64,000 bases of DNA, taken from assembly GCA_947449035.1 (NCBI GenBank), contig CANFQC010000001.1:65659-129658 (forward strand), in the 5' to 3' direction. The position numbers were made by a program, and so were the translations under genes. The stretch is from Actinomycetota bacterium (GTDB taxonomy: Bacteria; Actinomycetota; Actinomycetes; S36-B12). Positions 16,386-25,183 of this stretch are shown piece by piece. Numbering within the stretch: position 1 is the stretch's first letter; every line of letters starts with the position of its first letter. The notes beneath the pieces were generated by a model. That model saw only the letters and a list, made by a program, of their open reading frames with translations, made no database searches and had not been told where the DNA came from.

Positions 16386-19166
16386 ATGAGAAATAGAGCG
16401 GCGAAGGGCATCTCCGCTGCCCTGGTCTCGTTGACTGTGGTCGCCGCATCTTTCTGGGCCACGTCCGCCGCGGCAGACCCGATCGCCGATCCCCCACCTG
16501 CTGCGAGCGCATCCCCCAGCGCGAGTCCTGGGTCGAGTGCACCTTCACTCGCATCCACAGATCCCTCCGCGGCTCCCAGCAGTTCACTCCCGAATGGCCT
16601 TGGTCGGTACATCGTCACTGTTGACCCGGGACAGCAGTCAGCGGTCGCGAATATCGTGACCGACGCCGGCGGCATAGTCACAGCGAGCTATGACAAAGCA
16701 ATCGAAGGTCTTGCAGTGCAAATGAGTGCGGAAGACGCTTCAGCTCTCGCCTCTACACGCGGCGTCGTCAGCGTGGAAGTCGATAAGCCAGTTTCAATCA
16801 ATGAGCCATCAGCGAATGTCGGTGGCGCGGTGGTGACCGACCCGGGCTGCACCACCAACAGCCTGCCTCGCGGTGACGACGTCGGAACCTCGGCAGTCAA
16901 TCTCGGCTTCTCTGTCAACTGGTTTGGCAGCAGCTACAGCCAGATCCTGATCAACAACAACGGCGGCCTCTCCTTCAACGACGGCAGGGGAAGCTTCACC
17001 GATTACACAAACGTAGATCTGCGCACGACCAATCGCCCGCTTGTACTCCCCCTGTTCACCGACATCGATACGCGAAACAACGCAACGACTGTCGTGAAGT
17101 ACGGACCATTGCAGAATTCCTTCGATGGCGTCACCGGCGGTTACTGCATCAACTGGGTCAACGTCGGACACTACGACCAGAGTGCGCCGTATTACTCAGC
17201 CCAGTTGATCATTCTGCCGAGGACCTCTGCAGACTCCGGTCGTGCAACCGGCGATGTCGACTTGATCTTCAACTACGACGGCATCAATGCTGCGACCACG
17301 AATGTCCCGTTGGAAATCGGCTACGCCGATCCCGCGAACCGAGCTAACAGTTACCGCTTCTCCTCCAGCGGGGTGACTCCGAATCCGTATGTTGACGGAG
17401 TTGGAACTGCTCTTAAGACAAACAAGAACGTTCCGTTGGGCAAGGGCGCTCTCGACGTTAATGGGCGCTACTGGTTCCAGATCACGCCAGGCTCTGCGCC
17501 TACGGCTACCCCGACACCCACGGGCTCCGCATCTCCAACCGCCACTGCAACGCCAGAGCCTTGCTCATCGAGCACCCCGACCGGCACTCAAGGCTGCGCG
17601 CCTTGGGGCCTTGACCGCATTGATCAGCGCTCACTCCCGCTGAACACCACCTTCACTCCCGCAGGCACCGGAGCCGGCGTTCGTGCCTATGTCATCGATA
17701 CGGGCATCTACGCCAGCAATGACTTCAGCACTCGGCTGACCACCGGATACGACTTCGTTGACAACGACACCGACGCGACCGACTGTCACGGTCACGGCAC
17801 GCACGTTGCAGGCACCGTCGCCGGCACCGCGTACGGCGTGGCCAAGCAGGCCACGCTCGTGCCGGTACGCGTGCTCAGTTGCACGGGTAGTGGCTACACC
17901 AGCGATGTCATTGCGGGCATCAACTGGGCGATTAGCGATCATCAAGCTCATCCTGGCCCCGCAGTGGCCAACATGAGCCTCGGCGGTTCGGCAGACAAGT
18001 CAACTGACGACGCCGTTGCTGCCGCAGTGGCTGCAGGTATCACCATGGTGGTGGCCGCAGGCAACAGCAATGCGGATGCCTGCACCGCCAGCCCGGCACG
18101 CGAGACGACGGCAATAACTGTCGGCGCTATCGATAGCTCCGATGCACGTGCTTCGTTCTCTAATTACGGCACGTGCGTTGACATCTTCGCGCCAGGCGTG
18201 AGCATCACATCTGACGGCATCTCCAGCCCGACGTCGACTGCAACGATGAGCGGCACCTCCATGGCGTCACCTCATACCGCCGGCACCGTTGCCGTCTACC
18301 TCGGGCTGCACCCCACCGACACACCAGCCCAAGTTGTTACCTCACTCAAGGCAAGCGCATCCACAGGCGTCACGAACGCAGGAGCCGGAAGTCCGGATCA
18401 CCTTCTCTACGCCCGTTCCTTTGTGGCGAACTCCGCTTCGCCATCAGCACCTGCCTCTGCCTCTGCCTCGTCGTCAACGGGTGGTGGCAGTTCCTCGGGA
18501 GGAGGAAGCGGGAGTGGCGGTGGAGGTAGCTCCGGCGGTGGCGGTGGCGGTGGCGGTGGAACCACGGCCGACATCCTCGAAGTGCGTCCGGCTTTCGGGC
18601 CGACCACCGGCGGCAACACCATCAACATTCTCGGCTACGGCTTCTGGGGCACGAGTGGTGTGACGGTCGGCGGTAAGTCTGCGACCTATAAAGTCATCGA
18701 CGCTTCAAACATCCAGGTCGTGGCTCCCCCAGGAGTTGCCGGCTGGCAGGACGTCATCGTGACTCTCGCCGTAGGACGTGCCGTGGCTCTCGGCGGCTAC
18801 CGCTACGAGGCGCCGGTGACACCCCCGCCGGGCCAGGTCGTCATTCAGTCAACGACAAGTTCCTCAACCGCACCAGCAGCGGTGAACTCGACTGTCCCGG
18901 TCACTCGGGCAACTGTCAGCTCCGTACGCCTGGCTGCCAACGGCACGATGTCGATCTCGATGAGGGTGGCTGGCGCGGCTAAGGGGCAAACAGTCTCCCT
19001 GTACAAGTCGGGCACGAAGGTGCGCAGTGGCAAGGTGACGAAGAACGGAACCGTGGCCTTCACCGGCGTGGCTCCGACTACCGGCACCTACACGGTCGTG
19101 CTCAGCAAGGCTGGCAAGACCATGTCACGGTCACAGCCGATGCTCATCACCGCTCCTCGCCGCTGA
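16386..19166 (+). CDS. secreted multidomain subtilisin (S8, proteinase-K-like): signal peptide, I9 propeptide, NIDO-like domain, S8 domain, G/S linker, IPT/TIG and Ig-like domains
   Basis: ATG at 16386 with an AGGGAG SD. I9 (YIVTVD..GVVSVEVDKPV). NIDO-like LGFSVNWFGSSYSQILINNNGGLSF..LPLFTDIDTR..INWVNVGHY. S8 triad YVIDTGI / HGTHVAGT / GTSMASPH. IPT-like ILEVRPAFGPTTGGNTINILG. Confidence 0.85.
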   Translation: MRNRAAKGISAALVSLTVVAASFWATSAAADPIADPPPAASASPSASPGSSAPSLASTDPSAAPSSSLPNGLGRYIVTVDPGQQSAVANIVTDAGGIVTASYDKAIEGLAVQMSAEDASALASTRGVVSVEVDKPVSINEPSANVGGAVVTDPGCTTNSLPRGDDVGTSAVNLGFSVNWFGSSYSQILINNNGGLSFNDGRGSFTDYTNVDLRTTNRPLVLPLFTDIDTRNNATTVVKYGPLQNSFDGVTGGYCINWVNVGHYDQSAPYYSAQLIILPRTSADSGRATGDVDLIFNYDGINAATTNVPLEIGYADPANRANSYRFSSSGVTPNPYVDGVGTALKTNKNVPLGKGALDVNGRYWFQITPGSAPTATPTPTGSASPTATATPEPCSSSTPTGTQGCAPWGLDRIDQRSLPLNTTFTPAGTGAGVRAYVIDTGIYASNDFSTRLTTGYDFVDNDTDATDCHGHGTHVAGTVAGTAYGVAKQATLVPVRVLSCTGSGYTSDVIAGINWAISDHQAHPGPAVANMSLGGSADKSTDDAVAAAVAAGITMVVAAGNSNADACTASPARETTAITVGAIDSSDARASFSNYGTCVDIFAPGVSITSDGISSPTSTATMSGTSMASPHTAGTVAVYLGLHPTDTPAQVVTSLKASASTGVTNAGAGSPDHLLYARSFVANSASPSAPASASASSSTGGGSSSGGGSGSGGGGSSGGGGGGGGGTTADILEVRPAFGPTTGGNTINILGYGFWGTSGVTVGGKSATYKVIDASNIQVVAPPGVAGWQDVIVTLAVGRAVALGGYRYEAPVTPPPGQVVIQSTTSSSTAPAAVNSTVPVTRATVSSVRLAANGTMSISMRVAGAAKGQTVSLYKSGTKVRSGKVTKNGTVAFTGVAPTTGTYTVVLSKAGKTMSRSQPMLITAPRR

Positions 19167-19181
19167 CACGAGTGAGCCGCT

Positions 19182-20171
19182 GTGCGGTTGAATGGCCTTA
19201 TGCAGCTCATCACCGACCCCCGCGTTGCCGCTGTGCGGCTTCGCGATGGTGGGCTGGTGGCAGTGCCTACTGAGACTGTCTACGGTCTGGCCGCGCGTGC
19301 TGATGACCCGCATGCCGTCGCTCGCATTTACGCGGCCAAGGGTCGACCTGCCGATCATCCGTTGATCGTGCACGTGGCCAACGCGCTTGCTCTCGACGAA
19401 TGGGCGGCAATCATTCCCGAGTACGCCCACTCACTCGCCGCTGAATTCTGGCCCGGTCCGATGACTCTGGTCGTTAAGCGAAATGAGCGCGCCGGCGACT
19501 ACATCACCGGCGGACAGGACTCAGTCGCACTACGTGTCTCCTCGCATCACTTGATGGACGAAACTTTGCGCGCCCTCATCACGCTGACCAACGATCCTGC
19601 GATTGGCATCGCAGCGCCGAGTGCGAATCGTTTTGGCAAGGTCAGCCCGACATCCGCGCAGCATGTACTAGACGAGTTCACCGGGATCATCAATGACGAC
19701 GACCTTGTGCTCGATGGTGGCGAGAGCTCCGTCGGAGTCGAGTCGACGATCATCGACTGCACCGATGACATTCCGCGCCTGCTTCGCGCCGGTGCAATCA
19801 CGCTGGATGACATCGAGCGCGTCACCGGTCTCGTACCGGGAATGACCTCAACCGTGCGAGCTTCCGGCACTCTCGATTCCCACTACGCCCCGACCGCCGA
19901 GGTTGTCATCACAGATGCCGCCAGCCTGGCCGCGACCCACCCCACGGATGAAGCGCGCGTGGGGGTCCTCGCCTTGGCCGCCGTGGCAACTCCGGAGGGC
20001 ATGGTGCGCCTCTCGGCGCCGATGACCAATGACGACTACGCCCACGTGCTCTACGCAGCCCTCCGAGAAGCCGACGCCCTGTGCCTGACCACCGTGCTCG
20101 CCGTCTTGCCCGACGAGACCGGACTGGGCTATGCAGTGATCGACCGCCTGCGCCGAGCCGCCCACCGCTAG
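19182..20171 (+). CDS. L-threonylcarbamoyladenylate synthase (Sua5/YwlC long form)
   Basis: VPTETVYGLAA, SANRFG, VESTIID motifs plus a C-terminal Sua5 domain. An alternative ATG start lies at 19200. Confidence 0.85.
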   Translation: MRLNGLMQLITDPRVAAVRLRDGGLVAVPTETVYGLAARADDPHAVARIYAAKGRPADHPLIVHVANALALDEWAAIIPEYAHSLAAEFWPGPMTLVVKRNERAGDYITGGQDSVALRVSSHHLMDETLRALITLTNDPAIGIAAPSANRFGKVSPTSAQHVLDEFTGIINDDDLVLDGGESSVGVESTIIDCTDDIPRLLRAGAITLDDIERVTGLVPGMTSTVRASGTLDSHYAPTAEVVITDAASLAATHPTDEARVGVLALAAVATPEGMVRLSAPMTNDDYAHVLYAALREADALCLTTVLAVLPDETGLGYAVIDRLRRAAHR

Positions 20172-20272
20172 ATCGGTTCTCGTCCACGAGGAGATCACCC
20201 CATTTTGGCTCCCCGTGAACCCTGCCCTATGCTTATGCGGTCGCCAACGGCACTAGGTCGACGGAGGCATAG

Positions 20273-20345
20273 GTCCCCATCGTCTAGTGGCCTAGGACAC
20301 CGCCCTTTCACGGCGGCAGCACGGGTTCGAATCCCGTTGGGGATA
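20273..20345 (+). tRNA. tRNA-Glu (anticodon TTC), no encoded CCA
   Basis: GTCCCCATCGTCTAGTGGCCTAGGACACCGCCCTTTCACGGCGGCAGCACGGGTTCGAATCCCGTTGGGGATA. Very close to E. coli tRNA-Glu; G1.U72 wobble. Confidence 0.9.
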
Positions 20346-20367
20346 CGCACGGCAGCACCATCAGTAA

Positions 20368-20444
20368 GGCCCCGTAGCGCAGTCGGTTAGCGCGCCGCCC
20401 TGTCACGGCGGAGGTCGCCGGTTCGAGCCCGGTCGGGGTCGCCA
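20368..20444 (+). tRNA. tRNA-Asp (anticodon GTC), CCA encoded
   Basis: Cloverleaf GGCCCCG..CCTGTCACGG..GGTTCGAGCCCGGTCGGGGTCGCCA. Confidence 0.95.
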
Positions 20445-20480
20445 TATCGAAGGTCAGCGAAAGCTGGCCTTCGATTGTTC

Positions 20481-20557
20481 GGCCAGGTAGCTCAGTTGGT
20501 ACGAGCGTCCGACTGAAAATCGGAAGGTCGGCGGTTCGACCCCGCCCCTGGCCACCA
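20481..20557 (+). tRNA. tRNA-Phe (anticodon GAA), CCA encoded
   Basis: GGCCAGGTAGCTCAGTTGGTACGAGCGTCCGACTGAAAATCGGAAGGTCGGCGGTTCGACCCCGCCCCTGGCCACCA. Confidence 0.95.
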
Positions 20558-20595
20558 CACGCTTGTGTCCCCAAGACCAACAGGTCAGTTCACCT

Positions 20596-21399
20596 TTAGT
20601 TCGGCTGTGGGCAACTTGGCAGTGGAATGTCGCCAATGTGATCATGCGTGAGATTTGTCAGTGTCACTTCCATCGCTGTGGGCGCGACTCCACCAGGCGT
20701 GATTGCATATGGGTGATCAAAGAAAGCAATCACCACAAGGGCTGCTGATGCAACAAAAAGCGGGCCAATAATCACAAGGGCATGCGCCCACGCTGGTTTC
20801 TTGGGATCGGCGAAAACGAACAGTGAGCCAATGGTGATCAGGGATCCGAAGATCAGCAGAATCCACAAGATCAGTGGGACGCCGTCGCCGGCAACATTTA
20901 GTCGCTGTAAATGTGCTGTCCAACGCTGAGTATTGGCTTCCTCCCAAATCCCGATTCCATTTGCACCGGCCACAGCAGCATTTGACGCCAAGATCCCATC
21001 CATCGTGTCGACTGTGTTCTTGACTTCAGGGATGGGATTGGAAATTCCTTCTCTCATGGCTGGCCATTCAAGATTGATGACATTTTGCGCGTAGCACACG
21101 AGCTGGTCTCTCAAGGGATCTCGCACTTCAGGGGGCATAAACGTAGCTCCGCGCGACATCGACATCACCGCCCCCGCTTCCTGCTGGGCCGCTTGTTGGG
21201 CACTCAAGTACTGCCCAAATGTCATCGACATCGTGAACGCGATCAACAATGACATCGCGCCGCCTGTAACTACGTACACATTGGTGGGTGTGCGATCACC
21301 GAGTCCACCTGCTGGGCTGATTCGGGAAACCAGAACATAGATAACCGAACCGACAAGCAGCACTAAGCAGATAACGAGAATGGCGATTTGAATGCTCAC
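20596..21399 (-). CDS. DUF4239-like membrane protein
   Basis: 267 aa with N- and C-terminal TM pairs. Central EWPAMREG motif as in DUF4239 proteins. Visibly more A/T-rich than its neighbours. Confidence 0.55.
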   Translation of the reverse strand: MSIQIAILVICLVLLVGSVIYVLVSRISPAGGLGDRTPTNVYVVTGGAMSLLIAFTMSMTFGQYLSAQQAAQQEAGAVMSMSRGATFMPPEVRDPLRDQLVCYAQNVINLEWPAMREGISNPIPEVKNTVDTMDGILASNAAVAGANGIGIWEEANTQRWTAHLQRLNVAGDGVPLILWILLIFGSLITIGSLFVFADPKKPAWAHALVIIGPLFVASAALVVIAFFDHPYAITPGGVAPTAMEVTLTNLTHDHIGDIPLPSCPQPN

Positions 21400-21627
21400 G
21401 CGACGATGATAATCACTTGATTTGCGAAGCGAGACTTTTCAACTCACCGAACCCTGGCCCCTCGATGGGTCAAGTATTGGATCCCACATTCGCCTCCCGC
21501 ACAACATCCCCTGGAATGTCGTCGCAGTGTGAGCTTCGAACACCAACATTCCTTCTCCACCCAACTGTTGACCTCGCCCTGCCCATACGTGAGAGTGTGC
21601 GGATTGTCGGATATCGCAGGGAGTTCT

Positions 21628-22449
21628 ATGCGCATCGTGTGCCAGCAGCTTGCCCCGAGGGTGGGCGAAGACGCCGCAAACTTGACTGCCATTGAGCAAG
21701 CTATTGACGAGGCGTTGGCCTTGGGGGCAGACCTGATCGTGCTCCCTGAGTTGAGCACCAGCGGATACGTCTTCGAGGCCGAGGCCGAGGTGGCCGCGGC
21801 AGCACTCATCCGCGACTCGTCTGTCTTCACTCAGTGGCAGGAGCGCCTGAGCGGTACGGGCGCAGTACTCGCCGCTGGCTTCCCGCTCAAGGATGCGCAT
21901 GGCATCTTCAACGCAGCAGTGCTGCTGGATGAATCAGGCGTACTCGCTGTCTACAAGAAGGTGCATCTCTGGGACGAGGAGAAGCGCTGGTTCGTGCCGG
22001 GTAATGAGGCACCACCTGTGGTCGAGACTCGTCACGGCCGCGTGGGTGTTCTTGTCTGCTACGACCTCGAATTCCCCGAGATGGTTCGAGGCTTGCTGCT
22101 CAAAGGTGCTGAGGTCATCGCGGTCCCGACGAACTGGCCGCTGGGCACTAAGCCCGATCACGAACGTCCAGCCGAGGTTCATGATGCGATGTCGAGCGCG
22201 CGACTTAGTCGAGTGATTGTCGCCTGCTGCGATCGGTGCGGTTCTGAGCGAGGAGTTGCGTTCACCGGTGGCAGCGCCATCATCGGGGCCGACGGTTGGA
22301 TTAAGGCGGAGAGACCAGAGCGTGATGGTGGAGAGGTTGTAGCAGACATCGATATCGCCACTGCGCGAAACAAGACCGTCTCTGCGCGAAACCACACCCT
22401 CGACGACCGCCGACCCGATGTTTACGCTCGGATGAATCTGGGGAACTAG
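21628..22449 (+). CDS. carbon-nitrogen hydrolase (nitrilase superfamily)
   Basis: Catalytic triad contexts LPELSTSGY (Glu), YKKVHLW (Lys), VLVCYDLEFPE (Cys). ATG at 21628 chosen over the upstream track start. Confidence 0.85.
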   Translation: MRIVCQQLAPRVGEDAANLTAIEQAIDEALALGADLIVLPELSTSGYVFEAEAEVAAAALIRDSSVFTQWQERLSGTGAVLAAGFPLKDAHGIFNAAVLLDESGVLAVYKKVHLWDEEKRWFVPGNEAPPVVETRHGRVGVLVCYDLEFPEMVRGLLLKGAEVIAVPTNWPLGTKPDHERPAEVHDAMSSARLSRVIVACCDRCGSERGVAFTGGSAIIGADGWIKAERPERDGGEVVADIDIATARNKTVSARNHTLDDRRPDVYARMNLGN

Positions 22450-23867
22450 CCGTCAACGGAGTTCGATCGCGCTGAGGCAAGCGCACCGATTCTACGTTCG
22501 GCGCGGAAGAGCACAATCCAGCCGAGTAGCGCCACGACAAAGCCCAGAATTCCATCTATGCGAATTGCATTGGCAAGGGCAGCGAGCTGGCCATCACTGA
22601 CAGACGTCACTCCGGCCTCCAGCTGCACGCTGGTGAGGATCGCGGCGCCAAGAAGAGACATACCCAAGACGGTACCTATCGAACTTGCTGCCGTACGGAA
22701 TGCCGACACTTCACCTGTGCGATCAGAAGGCGCGCGGCCCATGACATCCATGTTGAGCACGGTCAATGCGCCCATGCCTGCGCAACTAAAGACGCTGGAG
22801 ATCGCGATGAGGAGCCATAACGGAGTCTCGGGCTGCATCACGATGAGAGGGAGCATGGTGAGGCCTGTGACGAGGATGAGGCCTCGCCCAGCACGCGCCT
22901 TCCCCCAGTGGTGTACTGCTCGCTTTGCGAGAACCTTCGCGCCAAGTATCGCTCCAAGCTGAGCGGGCACGACAACGATCGCAGCCTGGAGGGGTGTCAG
23001 GTCGTAGAAGTACTGAATGGCAATGCAGACGTACGTCAGGATCTGGATGAGCGAGATCAGCACGACACCGATCAAGAGCACTCGCAGCAGGGGGGCGCGA
23101 ATCGAATCGAAGTTGAAGCTCGCTTCGGCGGGCCTTCGCATCATGAAAATGCAGACGACTCCGGTGAGAAGGCTCACCAGGGCACCGATCAGGATCTTTG
23201 TTCCCTCGATCTCGACATTGTCGATCTCGGCGAGCGCAATCGAACCAGCGGTGAGGGAGACGCCGGCGAGGACCGGAGCCAACCAGCCATGATTTGCTCT
23301 CCGCGGCTTGTCCGCATCGAGCACCATCGCCGCGACGATTGCGATGACGAAGCCCGATACGGCCCACACGATGGGGATCCATCGCCAGTTCACCGCATCC
23401 AATACACCTGCGGTAGCAATGGGCAAGATCAGGAAACTGATCGGGAAGACCATTCCGTAGGTGGTGAAGGCCGATACCTGAGCCGCGCCTTCACTTGCTG
23501 TCTTTTGCAGCAGGCTCACTCCGACTACCTGGATGATGATCGCGCCAGCCCCGCAGAGTGCGAGTCCGACATTCACTCCAGTTGGACCCTGAGCCGAAGC
23601 GAGAATCAGTGCACCGAGGGCGAAGAGCAGCCCCGACCAGACCATCGTCCTTCGATCGCCGAGATTGTCACCGACCCGACCGGCTAGGAAGACTACGAGC
23701 AGCGCCGAGACGGCCGGAACTACGAGTGCGTCTTCCACGTACTGGTCAGATAGCCCGAGACTCTCTGCCATTGGAGAAACAAGGAAGGTGAGGCCGGCTC
23801 CCACCAGAAGAGTGAGTCCCACCATGACGCAGACGGCCAACACGACTCTGTGCTGCGCGGCGGACAT
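22446..23867 (-). CDS. MFS transporter (14-TM, DHA2-like)
   Basis: 473 aa, uniformly hydrophobic. GRVGDNLGDRR loop (MFS motif A-like). Confidence 0.8.
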   Translation of the reverse strand: MSAAQHRVVLAVCVMVGLTLLVGAGLTFLVSPMAESLGLSDQYVEDALVVPAVSALLVVFLAGRVGDNLGDRRTMVWSGLLFALGALILASAQGPTGVNVGLALCGAGAIIIQVVGVSLLQKTASEGAAQVSAFTTYGMVFPISFLILPIATAGVLDAVNWRWIPIVWAVSGFVIAIVAAMVLDADKPRRANHGWLAPVLAGVSLTAGSIALAEIDNVEIEGTKILIGALVSLLTGVVCIFMMRRPAEASFNFDSIRAPLLRVLLIGVVLISLIQILTYVCIAIQYFYDLTPLQAAIVVVPAQLGAILGAKVLAKRAVHHWGKARAGRGLILVTGLTMLPLIVMQPETPLWLLIAISSVFSCAGMGALTVLNMDVMGRAPSDRTGEVSAFRTAASSIGTVLGMSLLGAAILTSVQLEAGVTSVSDGQLAALANAIRIDGILGFVVALLGWIVLFRAERRIGALASARSNSVDG

Positions 23868-23958
23868 GACTCAGATCCTAAGTGGGACCTGAGAGGGAGA
23901 CAGGTGGCATTTCGAGACGGATCTTCATGCGAGCCGCTGAACGCGTAGCATTCCCACC

Positions 23959-24303
23959 ATGGCTCAGTACCTCATCTTCTTCAATCAGCAATGGGTCGGC
24001 GACCACTCCGAGGAGTGGTTCCAAGGCCGCGGTCCACTCGCTCGCGCAGTTGTTCAGCGCATGCAGGAGGCGGGGGTTGTCGTCTTCGCCGGTGGCCTTG
24101 TGGAGGAAGTCGAAGAGGCATTCAGTGCCGACACCACCAGCGGAGAACTCATCATGTCGCCCGGACGCTACTCAGAGAGCGATGAGTACCTCGGCGGAAT
24201 GACGATCATCGAAGTGGAAGACGATGCGGCGGCCGCCATGTGGGCGGGCGAGATTGCCGAGGCCTGCGGTTGGCCTCAGGAAGTTCGACGCTTCAAGCCG
24301 TAG
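23959..24303 (+). CDS. YciI-family protein
   Basis: 114 aa; MAQYLIFF start with the alpha/beta pattern of YCII/DGPF proteins. Confidence 0.6.
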   Translation: MAQYLIFFNQQWVGDHSEEWFQGRGPLARAVVQRMQEAGVVVFAGGLVEEVEEAFSADTTSGELIMSPGRYSESDEYLGGMTIIEVEDDAAAAMWAGEIAEACGWPQEVRRFKP

Positions 24304-24337
24304 ATGCTGCCTAGGCCGACACTGATTCCATCGAGAG

Positions 24338-25183
24338 TCACGAACGAGTAATCAACCCACGAGCCTCGAGATCCTTGAGGTACTTCTCCATGCCTCGATC
24401 GCCACGCCCTCGGAAGAGCGGCAAGGCCTTCGGGATCAGGCTTGGCACCAGCATCACCACACGCACAAGCCACGACTCGGAGGGCTTCGGGTAGTACTCG
24501 TACTTGGGCTTGTTGAGAAGCTTGCGAAAAGCCTTCACGACATCGGCCGGCGTCTGTGGCGGGTCCAGGAACTGAAGGGAATTTCCGCCGTCCAGCGCCT
24601 CCTGCCGAAGCATTGGAGTGTCGGTTGCTGACGGCAGAACGGATCCGACAGTAATTCCCTTGGGACCGAGGTCCATTCCGATCGCAAGCATCGCTCCGCG
24701 CAGACCAAACTTCGAAGCCGTGTAGATCGGCGTCTCGCCGAGGGGAAAGATTCCTCCCAGGGAAACTGTGGTGCAAATGCGCGGATCAGTGGACTTGCGG
24801 AGCAGCGGAATTGCCAGCCGGGAAAGGACCAGCGGTGCAAGCAGATTGACGCTCAACTCATGCTCGATACTCTCCACGCTTCGCTCATCAAAGCGATCAG
24901 CCGACGTCATCCCGGCGTTGTTCACGAGGACATCGAGGCGCCCGAACCTCTCATCAATGAAGGCCACCAGCCCTTCGACCTGAGAGCGGTCGGTCAGATT
25001 GATGCCGTAGCCAATGTGCCCAGTTCCCGACAGGGATGCAGCTACCGAATCTGCGCCCTCCCTGTTGAGATCGGCCACGATGACCACCGCGCCGTCAGCC
25101 GCGAGCGACTCCGCCAGCGCCGAGCCAATTCCACCGGCACCTCCAGTGACGAGAATGACCTTGTTCTGTGGGTCGTAGCTCAT
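24338..25183 (-). CDS. SDR-family oxidoreductase
   Basis: VTGGAGGIGSALA, NNAG, YTASKFG. ATG at 25183 forms an ATGA overlap with the stop of the permease-FMO ORF. Confidence 0.85.
   Translation of the reverse strand: MSYDPQNKVILVTGGAGGIGSALAESLAADGAVVIVADLNREGADSVAASLSGTGHIGYGINLTDRSQVEGLVAFIDERFGRLDVLVNNAGMTSADRFDERSVESIEHELSVNLLAPLVLSRLAIPLLRKSTDPRICTTVSLGGIFPLGETPIYTASKFGLRGAMLAIGMDLGPKGITVGSVLPSATDTPMLRQEALDGGNSLQFLDPPQTPADVVKAFRKLLNKPKYEYYPKPSESWLVRVVMLVPSLIPKALPLFRGRGDRGMEKYLKDLEARGLITRS

Noticed and set aside
18470-18560. Tandem GGT/GGC/AGC-rich DNA that looks repeat-like (possible CRISPR or VNTR).
   Set aside because: It is an in-frame Gly/Ser linker of the S8 peptidase, with no spacer-repeat periodicity and no cas genes.
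20205-20580. ORFs 20205-20390(+), 20308-20580(-), 20454-20645(-) and 60082-60333(-).
   Set aside because: They are read straight through tRNA genes or the terminator hairpin, so they are not coding.
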